Source: Candidatus Woesearchaeota archaeon (GTDB lineage: Archaea; Nanobdellota; Nanobdellia; Woesearchaeales; JAAOYA01). From it: 64,000 bases of DNA. Positions within the stretch are counted from its first letter, which is position 1. Every line of letters starts with the position of its first letter. Shown here piece after piece: positions 27,897-37,625 of this stretch. Location: assembly GCA_018221105.1 (NCBI GenBank), contig JAAOYA010000008.1, forward strand, positions 192,648-256,647. Reading direction: 5' to 3'. The position numbers and the translations under genes were made by a program. The notes beneath the pieces were generated by a model. The model made no database searches. It was not told the origin of the DNA and saw only the letters and a list, made by a program, of their open reading frames with translations.

Positions 27897-29636
27897 ATGA
27901 AAAAATTATTAGTTTTGCTACTATTGGTTTGTTTTTTTGCTTTTGATGTTTTTGCAATTCATAATACTATTCCTTTACTTGCAGTAAGCCAACAAAATGG
28001 CAATCTTAGTGGTAGTGTTGCAAGTCTCACATTAGAGGTTGTGCCTGGCAGTGGCAGGGTGTTTATTGACACTTTTCCACTTTCAAAAATTGACACTCAA
28101 ATCACTACTCGTTTTGCAAAAGAAATAGCTTGTGAGCTAACTTCAAAAAATTGTGATAGGCTAGATTTTATTTATACTCTAAGAGCTAATAGTGCTATTG
28201 TTGGAGGTCCTAGTGCTGGCGCTGCAACAACTGTATTAACAACTGCTTTGCTAGAAGATTTGGTTGTGAGCCATGATGTTGCAATCACTGGAACTATAAA
28301 CTCAGGAGGTCTTATTGGTGTTGTTAGCGGTTTAGAAGAAAAGATTGATGCTGCAGCAAATGCTGGTTTGAAAGTTGTTTTAGTGCCAACAACTACTGTT
28401 AAAAAAATTGATAATTCTACTGTTGACTTAGTAGCTTATGGAATATTGCAAGGCGTCAAAGTTATCAAAGTTGAAACTATTGAAGAGGCATTATATTATA
28501 TTACTGGGAAAAATTTTTCAAAATCTGTAAATGTTACTGTTAGCGAGCGTTATAATACTATCATGAAGGGTTTAGCTGGACAATTGTGTAATAGAACAAA
28601 ATTATTGTTAATTGAAAATGTTGAAAATCTTACTGGCAATGATACTAACAATACCAATATTATTGTTGTAGAAAGTGCTAAAGAACTTTATGATAAGGGT
28701 GTTGTGCAGTATGAATTAAATAATTTTTATTCTAGTGCAAGTTTTTGTTTTGGTGCTAACACTAGATTTGCGCAAGTAAATATTAGTTTGCAAAACTTTA
28801 GTGTAGAACAAAAAAATGAGTATGTTAACGAGTTGCATGATAAAATAAAATTTTTTAATGATCAAATAAGTAATCGTCCAATTGAGACTATTGCTGACTT
28901 GCAAGCTTTTATGATTACAAAAGAACGATTATTGCAGGCTGAAAGCACTCTTAAAGATGAGTTTGATTCAGAAATCGTTAATCCTATTAATTTAGCTTAT
29001 GCTACTGAAAGGTATTATTCTGCCCTTAGTTGGAGTAGTTTTTTTGGTAGTGGTCATCAAAAGATTAATATTGACCCTGTTAGTCTTGAGTTGTCTTGTC
29101 GTAATAAAATTGGCGAGGCTGAACAGCGACTACAATATTTACAATTGTTACTTCCTAACATGTTGCAATCTACAAGAGATGAAATTGATTATGCTTATGC
29201 TGATTTAAGGCGTGATGATTTTGCTTTGTGTTTGTTTAAGGCGTCTAAAGCTAAAGCAGAAGTTGATGTTGTTTTAGGATCTCAAGGTAATGTTAGCGAA
29301 CTTGCAAAGCGTAAAATTGCTGCTGCTGCAAAAGTTATTGCAAGAGAGCAAGAAAAAGGTTTGTTTCCAATTGTTGGCTTTAGTTATTTTGAATATGCTA
29401 ATACTTTAGTTGATACTGATCCTAGTTCTGCTCTTTTGTATGCTGAATATTCTTTGGAACTTAGCGATATGAGTCATTATTTTAAAAAAAGAAATTCAAC
29501 ATTAACTAGAATTGTTGATGTTGAATTGTTGAAGGTTTTTGTTGCAGGACTTTTTTTTGGTGCTCTGTTTATGTTGATTATTAGAAAATCAAAAAATGTT
29601 TCTAGTTCTAAAAAACTATCTAAAAAAAGAAAGTGA
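27897..29636 (+). CDS. exported, membrane-anchored S16 (Lon-C) serine protease
   Basis: Signal peptide, GGPSAG (Ser), ITGTINSGGLIG.VSGLEEKIDAA (Lys), helical C-terminal half, C-terminal TM plus basic tail; no ATPase domain. Confidence 0.87.
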   Translation: MKKLLVLLLLVCFFAFDVFAIHNTIPLLAVSQQNGNLSGSVASLTLEVVPGSGRVFIDTFPLSKIDTQITTRFAKEIACELTSKNCDRLDFIYTLRANSAIVGGPSAGAATTVLTTALLEDLVVSHDVAITGTINSGGLIGVVSGLEEKIDAAANAGLKVVLVPTTTVKKIDNSTVDLVAYGILQGVKVIKVETIEEALYYITGKNFSKSVNVTVSERYNTIMKGLAGQLCNRTKLLLIENVENLTGNDTNNTNIIVVESAKELYDKGVVQYELNNFYSSASFCFGANTRFAQVNISLQNFSVEQKNEYVNELHDKIKFFNDQISNRPIETIADLQAFMITKERLLQAESTLKDEFDSEIVNPINLAYATERYYSALSWSSFFGSGHQKINIDPVSLELSCRNKIGEAEQRLQYLQLLLPNMLQSTRDEIDYAYADLRRDDFALCLFKASKAKAEVDVVLGSQGNVSELAKRKIAAAAKVIAREQEKGLFPIVGFSYFEYANTLVDTDPSSALLYAEYSLELSDMSHYFKKRNSTLTRIVDVELLKVFVAGLFFGALFMLIIRKSKNVSSSKKLSKKRK

Positions 29637-29648
29637 TTGTGATTAAAA

Positions 29649-29725
29649 CCCTGGCAAGAACCGCCCATCAAAAGCGTTGATGTTAGGTTCTTGCTGGGGA
29701 AAAAGAGGTGACAGTGAAAACTGTT
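29649..29725 (+). ncRNA. candidate structured RNA or terminator (two hairpins)
   Basis: 14 bp stem 29649-29662/29686-29699 with two G-U pairs; inner stem catcaa/ttgatg; second hairpin acagt-GAAA-actgt at 29711-29724. Confidence 0.4.
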
Positions 29726-29849
29726 TTGACTACTCCAAAATAGTATTAACTCATATATAAACTTTTCGTTATTTAAGCATTCTACAGTAGTAACAAAATA
29801 TAGTTTCTAGTATATATTTTTAAATAAAACATCAACCTTTATACCAACT

Positions 29850-30389
29850 ATGAAATGTAAAAAATGCAATCGACACACAACAGTAAAACTTTCACACGCA
29901 ACATTTTGCACTAGTTGCTTTAACAAAATAATAGAAAGCAGAACACGAAAAACAATACGATTAAACAAACTAATAAACAAAAGAAAAAATATAGTTTATT
30001 ACGATGACAGTAAAAAAGCAAAAGTATTACTTTATATTTTAGAAAAGACTTTCAAAAATCAACCCTTCATCTTTAAAAAAACCAATAAATTAACAAAAGG
30101 CGTTTTACTCGCGTGGTCAACAGATGATGAAAACAAATATTTTTTAGAACAATTAACAACAAAAAATAAGTACAAACTACTGGGCCATAACCATTACAAA
30201 AAACCACTATTAAATATTACAGACCAAGAACTACTCGCATACGCCAAAATTAAAAATATCACAGCAAAAAAAACAAAAAAAGAGTCAACCGCGCAAGAAA
30301 AATTTTTAGATTTTGTAGAAGCAAAACATCCAGGATCAAAATTCGCACTTCTAAATAGTACAAAAAAATTAAAAGCTATACTAAAATGA
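29850..30389 (+). CDS. degenerate TtuA/Ncs6-like protein lacking the PP-loop
   Basis: MKCKKC...FCTSCF..IE.R.RKTIR zinc finger and KPL..ITDQE...HPGSKF retained; SGGKDS and the internal CxxC motifs absent. Confidence 0.7.
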   Translation: MKCKKCNRHTTVKLSHATFCTSCFNKIIESRTRKTIRLNKLINKRKNIVYYDDSKKAKVLLYILEKTFKNQPFIFKKTNKLTKGVLLAWSTDDENKYFLEQLTTKNKYKLLGHNHYKKPLLNITDQELLAYAKIKNITAKKTKKESTAQEKFLDFVEAKHPGSKFALLNSTKKLKAILK

Positions 30390-31324
30390 AAAAAATACTT
30401 TTTATGCTTTTATTAACATTAACTTTTTATGGTTGTACACAACAAAATGTTATAATACAAAAATCAATTCCTGTTGAAATTGGCCCTCCAATAAAAACTT
30501 ATTTTTGTCCGCGAGACAATTGTTCAGCACAATTAATAAATTTAATAGAAAAGTCTAGTCGCGTTGACTGCGCGTTTTATGATTTAAACATACCAAAACT
30601 AATTGACGCTCTAGAAAACGCTAACGCTCGAATCATAGTAGATAACAGAAACACAGAAGATATACAAACTCTAAACTATAAAACTGACAAGTCAAGCGCC
30701 CTAATGCATAACAAATTTTGCATCTTAGATGAAGTTGTCTGGACTGGGTCTTTCAATCCAACAATCAATGGTGACACAAAAAACAATAATAATGTGATAG
30801 TTATTGATAGTCCAACTCTTGCAATGAACTATCGAGAAGAATTCAGCGAGATGTGGTCTGACAATTGGTACAATGGTGGACGGCAAGTGCGCACAAAAAC
30901 AATAAAGTATAACAATGCAACGATTGTTAATTTATTCTGTCCTGAAGATGATTGCACGCCAACAATTTATCAACTACTAAAAAATGCCAAGCACAGCATT
31001 TACTGGATGATATTCTCATTTACTGATGACTCAATAGGCAGTTTAATCTATTACAAAAATGTAACAAAAAAAGGAGTTTTTGACTCTCAACAAGCAGGTA
31101 GTCAATACTCAGAATATCAAAAACTGAAAGAATTCTCAATCAAAGACACAAACAAGGGTTTAATGCATCATAAAGTGTTTATTATTGACGAAAAAACTAT
31201 TGTTACTGGAAGTTACAATCCGACAAAAAATGCAAATGAAAGAAATGATGAAAACATACTAATAATTCATGATACAAACATTGTAAAAGAGTATTTAGAA
31301 GAATTTAACACCTTATTCTCGTAA
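30386..31324 (+). CDS. phospholipase D family lipoprotein (two HKD motifs)
   Basis: FYGC lipobox; MHNKFCILD..WTGSFN and MHHKVFIID..TGSYN. Confidence 0.9.
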   Translation: MKKILFMLLLTLTFYGCTQQNVIIQKSIPVEIGPPIKTYFCPRDNCSAQLINLIEKSSRVDCAFYDLNIPKLIDALENANARIIVDNRNTEDIQTLNYKTDKSSALMHNKFCILDEVVWTGSFNPTINGDTKNNNNVIVIDSPTLAMNYREEFSEMWSDNWYNGGRQVRTKTIKYNNATIVNLFCPEDDCTPTIYQLLKNAKHSIYWMIFSFTDDSIGSLIYYKNVTKKGVFDSQQAGSQYSEYQKLKEFSIKDTNKGLMHHKVFIIDEKTIVTGSYNPTKNANERNDENILIIHDTNIVKEYLEEFNTLFS

Positions 31325-31356
31325 AACTTATAAACCAGCAACAACCTTTTCTTATC

Positions 31357-31788
31357 ATGAAAAAAAGAGGTCAAACAGCAATGGAATACTTAATAATTGT
31401 TGGTTTCATGCTAGCAATCACTATTCCAATGATAATAATAAGCTATGATAGTTCTTCAGACACTCGTGACACTATTAACATAAACCAAGCGCGTAAAGTA
31501 GCTAAAAAAATTGTAGACAATGCAGAAGCAGTATATTACTTAGGAGAACCCTCTCGTACAACATTAGATGTTTATTTTCCAACAAATATTGATAGCATAC
31601 TTATCACTAATAAAGAAGTTAATCTAAGAGTTATAATAAAAGGCGGAAGATTTGTTGATGTCAGCGAGAACACCGCAATAAATCTCACTGGATCAATTAA
31701 TGAAAGTTTTGGTCGCAAAACAATTCTTGTAGAATCAAAAGGCAGCTATGTTAATATCACACAGTGTAGCTCTAGCACAACATGCTAA
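31357..31788 (+). CDS. minor pilin-like protein (class III signal peptide)
   Basis: KKRG/QTAMEYLIIVG followed by hydrophobic helix. Confidence 0.85.
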   Translation: MKKRGQTAMEYLIIVGFMLAITIPMIIISYDSSSDTRDTININQARKVAKKIVDNAEAVYYLGEPSRTTLDVYFPTNIDSILITNKEVNLRVIIKGGRFVDVSENTAINLTGSINESFGRKTILVESKGSYVNITQCSSSTTC

Positions 31789-32192
31789 AAAAAACAAAAT
31801 TAAAAAAAGAGGGACAAGTAGCTTTCGAGTTTTTAATACTAGTAAGTTTTTTGTTTATTATGTTCACACTGTTTGTTTACGCAATATCAGCAAATATGTC
31901 ACGCCAAAATGATGTTGAAGAATATCTTGGAATGAAAGATTACGCTTTTACAGTGCAACAAGAAATTCGAAATGCTGCATTCTCACTTGAAGGCTATCAA
32001 AGAACATTTCACATACCAGAAAAAATAGGTCAAGAAAATTATAGTATAAATATCACAGGTGATGAAGTATATTTAGAACTTGAAACCTACGCTAACACAT
32101 ACACTGTATACATTCCAAGAGTTAATGGCACAATACAAAAAGGTTGGAATACAATACGAAAAGAAAACGGAAGCATTTATTTGAATATTTAA
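31782..32192 (+). CDS. minor pilin-like protein (class III signal peptide)
   Basis: KKEG/QVAFEFLILV followed by hydrophobic helix. Confidence 0.82.
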   Translation: MLKKTKLKKEGQVAFEFLILVSFLFIMFTLFVYAISANMSRQNDVEEYLGMKDYAFTVQQEIRNAAFSLEGYQRTFHIPEKIGQENYSINITGDEVYLELETYANTYTVYIPRVNGTIQKGWNTIRKENGSIYLNI

Positions 32193-32193
32193 A

Positions 32194-33342
32194 ATGTTTA
32201 AAAGAAAAAAATCACAAGTATGGTATATTGATTTTGTAATAGCATTAGTAATTTTTAGTATTATGTTCATAACATACTTTATTTTTTTAGAGTCAGTAGC
32301 ACAAGAAAAAGATATACTGATGCTTGAATTGTTAAATGATGGAAAAGTCATTAGCAATCAATTAATGAGTGCGGGACACCCAACAAACTGGACAAATGAT
32401 AGTGTGCTAGTGCCAGGGCTGACTAATGGCAACATGCGAATTAACGAAACAAAACTATTTAGATTTTTTAATATGAGTTATAATCAAACACGTGAAGCGT
32501 TAAGAACACAATACCATTATTATATTATTTTAAAAAATCGCAATGGGACAGTAATGTCAATTAATGGTATGTGCGGTCTTGGAAATCCATTAATAATCAA
32601 TGAGTCAGGCAATGAAATAAAACTATCGTATGTATATCACGATCAATCAGGAACTGAATTATTAGATAACATGCAAGACTTAGCATTAAGCCTTAATGTC
32701 ACACTGGACATTTTCGAGTGGAAGAATGGCGATGACAGTTTTAAAAACTTTTTAGCAAATAATATGAGCGCTTATGATCATGTTGTTTTTGAACATCCAA
32801 AAAAAGCTTTTAGTGAAAAAACAGCTTTTGAAGGTAATATTAGCGAGTTCAATGGAACAGTATTCTTATCAGGAGAATTAGGTTCTGATGGAACAATACT
32901 AAATGTTGATCACACAGGAGCTAGTTGTAATGCTATAGATGTTAAAAATGTTACAGTAATAAAAAGAGATCCACTGTTAGATTTATCCATTGGCGATATT
33001 CTTGACCCTCAAAATAATTGCAACTATATCGAAGGCGCGAGCGAAGTAATAGCAGAATATAAAAGGTTTAAGCTTGGAAGTCCTTTACCCAGCAAGCCAG
33101 CAATAGTAAAATGGCCTTATGGCAACGCAGATGTGTATTACTTTACTCATTTTGAAGCAGAGTATTTAGGCGATGAAAACCTTTACCAGCAACTTGTTCA
33201 AGATGGAATAGAACAATACGTAAATGATTGCACAGTAAGATTGAAAGTTGATACTAGTCCAACAAACAATCTTGTAAGAATTAATCGTTTTTTAATTTAT
33301 AAATCGCAAATTATCAATATGGGGTTATACATATGGATATAA
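32194..33342 (+). CDS. large pilin-like protein
   Basis: KKS/QVWYIDFVIALVIF; G.PTNW motif; many N-x-S/T sequons. Confidence 0.72.
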   Translation: MFKRKKSQVWYIDFVIALVIFSIMFITYFIFLESVAQEKDILMLELLNDGKVISNQLMSAGHPTNWTNDSVLVPGLTNGNMRINETKLFRFFNMSYNQTREALRTQYHYYIILKNRNGTVMSINGMCGLGNPLIINESGNEIKLSYVYHDQSGTELLDNMQDLALSLNVTLDIFEWKNGDDSFKNFLANNMSAYDHVVFEHPKKAFSEKTAFEGNISEFNGTVFLSGELGSDGTILNVDHTGASCNAIDVKNVTVIKRDPLLDLSIGDILDPQNNCNYIEGASEVIAEYKRFKLGSPLPSKPAIVKWPYGNADVYYFTHFEAEYLGDENLYQQLVQDGIEQYVNDCTVRLKVDTSPTNNLVRINRFLIYKSQIINMGLYIWI

Positions 33343-33854
33343 AAAAACAAAAAAAAGGAGTTGTATTCGTACCGGACGCCCTAATGGGCGCTGCAATAAT
33401 AATAGCTACAATGATACTGCTCTCAACAATTTATGTTGATGACCCACCACCATCACAAGTTTACAACGTTGCATATGACATAATTAATGTTTTTTCATCA
33501 ATGCGAGTTGGTGAAGTTACAGATGAATACTCTCAAGAATTAATAACTAATGGCACAATACCTAGCGCCAACCTAGAAAAAACTATTATTGAACAATTAA
33601 CGATTTTTTGGCTTGATAATGAAGACGATTACGCAGAAAATTTTGCAATGAACCAATTAGATAAAATAATACCTGAAATATACAATGTTGGAGTGTATAT
33701 TGAAAGTGAAAAAATTTATGAGTCTAATAATATAGTCAGCAATCAAACATTAGTAGTTGCAAAACAACCAGTATCTATTATAACAACAGAACCTAGCACA
33801 GGACTTACGAAAATGGAGGGCCCTTTTATGGCAGAAGTTAGGGTATACCAGTAA
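33333..33854 (+). CDS. pilin-like protein
   Basis: KKG/VVFVPDALMGAAIII followed by hydrophobic helix. Confidence 0.7.
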   Translation: MDIKKQKKGVVFVPDALMGAAIIIATMILLSTIYVDDPPPSQVYNVAYDIINVFSSMRVGEVTDEYSQELITNGTIPSANLEKTIIEQLTIFWLDNEDDYAENFAMNQLDKIIPEIYNVGVYIESEKIYESNNIVSNQTLVVAKQPVSIITTEPSTGLTKMEGPFMAEVRVYQ

Positions 33855-33855
33855 A

Positions 33856-34818
33856 TTGAATAAAAAAGCAGTTTTTTTCACACTAATCGCAATTTTTATG
33901 GCATCATACTTAGTTTTTTCACTAAAGGCCTACTCTGTCTATTCTAATGCTGAATCAGCAAGAGTTATCAACATCAAAGTTGTTAGCACAGATACTTTTA
34001 TCAGATTTTTTGAACGTGACATAAGTTATGGAGGCCAAGTAGCATTACATCGAGCAGTAGAGACATTAATTATTGAAATAGACCAAAATGGTTATTTATC
34101 GGCTTCAACAGCAGAAGGTTTGCTTGCTGAATTAATAGAATATGGAACTTTGAGTAGTACTCCAAAAATTTTAATGGAAAACCACACAATTGTCAATTGG
34201 GTTGACAAGCTAAAAATTAACTCTGAAAACATGAACATTAATTTAGCTTATGATATTGTTTCAGTAAAAGTCAACCAAAGCAATCCATGGTATTTAGATT
34301 TACACTTACACTTAAAACTCAATGTTAGCGATTATGAAAACACTTCAAAATGGATTAAAGACTACACAATTTTAACACAATTACCAGTAAATGGCCTAAA
34401 AGATCCATTTTACGTTGAAGAAACAAACGGAGCAATCAATCAAACAATACAACAAAGTATTTCAGAAGGTGATTATGGCAATACAACAGATCACAGCCCA
34501 TTTTTGACGCACTTAGAAGATGGAAGATATGCTATTTTTGATGACGCGCCAAGCTATATTCAAAGACTTGAAGGCGATTTTACAACCGGCAGCGATTATG
34601 GTATTGAAAGCATCATTAACAAATCACGATTGTCTGACACGGGCTCAACAATAAGCAATGTTGACTACTTGTACTGGCCGTCAACTGCTACAAATGCAGT
34701 AACAATAAAAACTGGCGGATCCTGTGATATTTTTCCATCATGGTTATTTTTAGATACTGATCAAACAAACACATCAGGTGTTAATCACAAACAAAAATAT
34801 AATGTGGTTGACTGTTAA
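33856..34818 (+). CDS. pilin-like protein
   Basis: MNKKA/VFFTLIAI; L.DP.Y, APSY..RL.G and GIES motifs; TTG start. Confidence 0.7.
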   Translation: MNKKAVFFTLIAIFMASYLVFSLKAYSVYSNAESARVINIKVVSTDTFIRFFERDISYGGQVALHRAVETLIIEIDQNGYLSASTAEGLLAELIEYGTLSSTPKILMENHTIVNWVDKLKINSENMNINLAYDIVSVKVNQSNPWYLDLHLHLKLNVSDYENTSKWIKDYTILTQLPVNGLKDPFYVEETNGAINQTIQQSISEGDYGNTTDHSPFLTHLEDGRYAIFDDAPSYIQRLEGDFTTGSDYGIESIINKSRLSDTGSTISNVDYLYWPSTATNAVTIKTGGSCDIFPSWLFLDTDQTNTSGVNHKQKYNVVDC

Positions 34819-34868
34819 TAGAAAGGTTTTTATACCAATCAAATAGTAATTTTATTGAGGAAGAGGTC

Positions 34869-36023
34869 ATGGTAGAAGATTTAATACAGACAGGTGTAGA
34901 TAAACTAGTTAATTTAATCGCTGAAAAAAAACGTATTAGTGTAGATGAAGCTGCAAAAATTCTTAATGTTTCAAAAGTTGTTATAGAAGAATGGGCTGAT
35001 TTTTTAGAAGAAGAAGGCGTCATAAGCATAGAGTACAAGTTCACAACAACTTATTTGGTAGAGCGCAAACTATCAAAAAAAGAAGTTGAGACTAAAGCTA
35101 AAGAGTTCGAAAGCAAAGGTGAAGGTTTTGTTCGAAAAGTTGAGTCATCAATCTCAGGAATTGACAAAAATACTGAGTGGGTTGAACAAATAAAAAACGA
35201 ATTTGCAAACTTAAAAGGAGAAATTGGTGACGAATTATTAGCTGTTCAAGACGATCTAAAACAATTAGAAAAGTATGAAGATCTCAAAAAAAATATTGAT
35301 TCTCAAATGCAAGAACAACACGAGCTTTTTCGAGAGCAATTAGAAGAAATGCACTCAGAGTTTAACAAAGAACAAGAACGATACTCAGAATTATTGCATA
35401 GTATTGGAGCTCAAGAAAAGTTTTTAGATGACAAAAAAAAATATTTTGATAACTTACGCGATTACGAAGATCGCTTAAAAGACAAGATTGGAGAATTAAC
35501 AGGATCACTACAAGAAATAAAAAATAAAATTGTAGGTGAAGAAGAAGAAATCAGTGACAGCGAAAAAAACTTATATGCCTTGCACACTAAATCTCAAGAT
35601 ATAAAAAAACGTTTAGAAAAAGAAGCAGAAAAATTTGCTGATTTGAGCAAACAATCAGAAAAACACGAGAGAAAAATTTTAGAATTACAAGATCAAACAC
35701 TCAAAAAAGTTGCTGAGCGAGAAAAAGTCATTGAAGAAAATGTTGGCAAAGGAAAAGAAATGGAAGAAAAGTTCAAAAAGTTTTTTGCAAGAAAAGCACA
35801 AATTGATGACTTAGTAAAAAAATTAGAGTCTGACAAAAACGAAATGAAACAAGAACTTATTGAAATCATAAGAAAAGCAACAGCTTATGATATTACTATG
35901 AAGTCAACTAATGCAAAAAAATACATTGGTGAATTAGAAAAGAAATTTCGAGAAATTGAAAAACGCAAAGAAACTTTTGAAAAACAAATACAACAATTCA
36001 AGCAAACAGTACTAGCAGCTTAA
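34869..36023 (+). CDS. winged-helix-like N-terminus plus long coiled-coil protein in pilus operon
   Basis: TGVDKLVNLI...ISVDEAAKILNV...IEEWADFLEEEGVISIEY, then about 300 aa of heptads; own TATA-like site and GAGG SD. Confidence 0.75.
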   Translation: MVEDLIQTGVDKLVNLIAEKKRISVDEAAKILNVSKVVIEEWADFLEEEGVISIEYKFTTTYLVERKLSKKEVETKAKEFESKGEGFVRKVESSISGIDKNTEWVEQIKNEFANLKGEIGDELLAVQDDLKQLEKYEDLKKNIDSQMQEQHELFREQLEEMHSEFNKEQERYSELLHSIGAQEKFLDDKKKYFDNLRDYEDRLKDKIGELTGSLQEIKNKIVGEEEEISDSEKNLYALHTKSQDIKKRLEKEAEKFADLSKQSEKHERKILELQDQTLKKVAEREKVIEENVGKGKEMEEKFKKFFARKAQIDDLVKKLESDKNEMKQELIEIIRKATAYDITMKSTNAKKYIGELEKKFREIEKRKETFEKQIQQFKQTVLAA

Positions 36024-36033
36024 GGTGATTATC

Positions 36034-37623
36034 ATGACAAAAAAAGAGGCAGAAAGACCAAAAAAAAGAGTAGAACAAAGCACTCCAACACAAAAAGTGG
36101 CTCCTACACAAGTAACAAAACCACTTGTTGAAAAACCAAAAGAGCAAGAAGTAATCTTAGAGTATTCTTACAAGTCCAAAAACATGCCTATCAATATTAG
36201 AATTTATAAAACTGAAGGCGAATTCATACCAATCTACGAAGTTAGCATTGCAACCATCAGTAGGACTACAGAAATTATTTTAGAAAAAATTCGCCAAGAA
36301 TTAATCAAGCAAGTCCGCTTAGGAATGGTTGACTTGACAGATACAAAAAAAGCAGGTCTTGTAGAAGAACGATTTTCTGACACTATAGGAGACTTGATTA
36401 ACAGATACTTTCCAGATATTGACGATCAACACAAAGGATTTTTGACAACTTATTTAATTCAAAGAGCTCTTGGAATGGGAAGAATTGAAATTTTGATGGA
36501 TGACAAACAATTAGAAGAAGTCGCCATAAACTCTTCTGATGAACCAGTATGGGTTTATCACCAGAAAACTGGTTGGTTAAAAACAAACATTACAGTCGAA
36601 GACGAAGATCAAACACGCCATTATGCAACAATGATTGGTCGAAAAGTTGGAAGACAAATAAGTATTTTAGATCCACTTTTAGACGCGCATTTGAATGAAG
36701 GCGACCGTGTCAACGCCACGCTAATGCCTATTAGCACTTTTGGAAATAGTATAACACTGCGTAAATTTTCTCGTGATCCATGGACTATAACTTCATTTTT
36801 GAAGTTTAAAACGTTAAGCATTGAAGCAGCAGCTCTTATTTGGACTGCAATACAGTACGAGCTTTCAGCACTAGTTGTTGGCGGAACAGCTAGCGGCAAA
36901 ACATCTATGCTTAATGTTGTCAGCAACTTTTTTCCACCAACACAACGTGTTATTTCGATTGAAGATACTCGTGAGATTCGACTGCCAAAATATCAACACT
37001 GGCTTGCTATGAGCACGAGAACAGCCAATGCTGAAGGTCGCGGCGAGGTTAGCATGCTTGATTTACTAGTCAACTCTCTAAGACAACGTCCTGACAGAAT
37101 AATAGTAGGAGAAGTTAGACGAAAGCGTGAAGCTGAAACATTGTTCGAAGCTATTCATACAGGTCACTCAGTATACGCAACATTTCACGCAAACACTGCA
37201 GAAGAAGCTGTTACAAGACTTACAAACCCCCCTATTGAAGTACCAAAAATCATGCTGCCAGCGATATCAATGCTATTAGTACAATATCGTAATAGGCGCA
37301 CTGGAATGCGTCGAACATTTCAGTTGGCAGAAGTATTGCCTGATGGCAACAGCAATGTGATTTTACAATATGATGCTAAAAGAGATAACATGCTGGCAGC
37401 CAACAAGTCAAAAGCCTTGATGGATACTCTAGAATTATTTACTGGGCACACACAAAAAGAATTAAACAGTGAACTAAAAGAAAAAGTTCAACTATTAAAA
37501 ATAATGGTCCAAAAAAACATTGAAGGAATTGATGATGTTGGACTTGTAATGGCTCACTATTATACTAATAAAGAAAAACTGTTCAAAGAACTAAAAACAA
37601 ACAAGTTCAAAATAGGTGATTAA
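36034..37623 (+). CDS. type IV pilus/archaellum-type secretion ATPase (VirB11/CpaF/FlaI family)
   Basis: GGTASGKTS, IEDTRE, SLRQRPDRIIVGEVR, AIHTGH, TFHA. Confidence 0.95.
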   Translation: MTKKEAERPKKRVEQSTPTQKVAPTQVTKPLVEKPKEQEVILEYSYKSKNMPINIRIYKTEGEFIPIYEVSIATISRTTEIILEKIRQELIKQVRLGMVDLTDTKKAGLVEERFSDTIGDLINRYFPDIDDQHKGFLTTYLIQRALGMGRIEILMDDKQLEEVAINSSDEPVWVYHQKTGWLKTNITVEDEDQTRHYATMIGRKVGRQISILDPLLDAHLNEGDRVNATLMPISTFGNSITLRKFSRDPWTITSFLKFKTLSIEAAALIWTAIQYELSALVVGGTASGKTSMLNVVSNFFPPTQRVISIEDTREIRLPKYQHWLAMSTRTANAEGRGEVSMLDLLVNSLRQRPDRIIVGEVRRKREAETLFEAIHTGHSVYATFHANTAEEAVTRLTNPPIEVPKIMLPAISMLLVQYRNRRTGMRRTFQLAEVLPDGNSNVILQYDAKRDNMLAANKSKALMDTLELFTGHTQKELNSELKEKVQLLKIMVQKNIEGIDDVGLVMAHYYTNKEKLFKELKTNKFKIGD

Positions 37624-37625
37624 AT

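Noticed and set aside
29645..29740. tRNA, SRP RNA, H/ACA or C/D guide, SECIS or fluoride riboswitch identity for the hairpins
   Set aside because: No cloverleaf or T-loop, no SRP helix 8 motif, no correctly placed ACA or CUGA boxes, the GAA is base-paired, and there is no GGCGAUG-type start.
34869..36023. SMC/Rad50 call for the coiled-coil proteins (also 6226-8403 and 42914-43804)
   Set aside because: No Walker A/B, signature or hinge/zinc-hook motifs.
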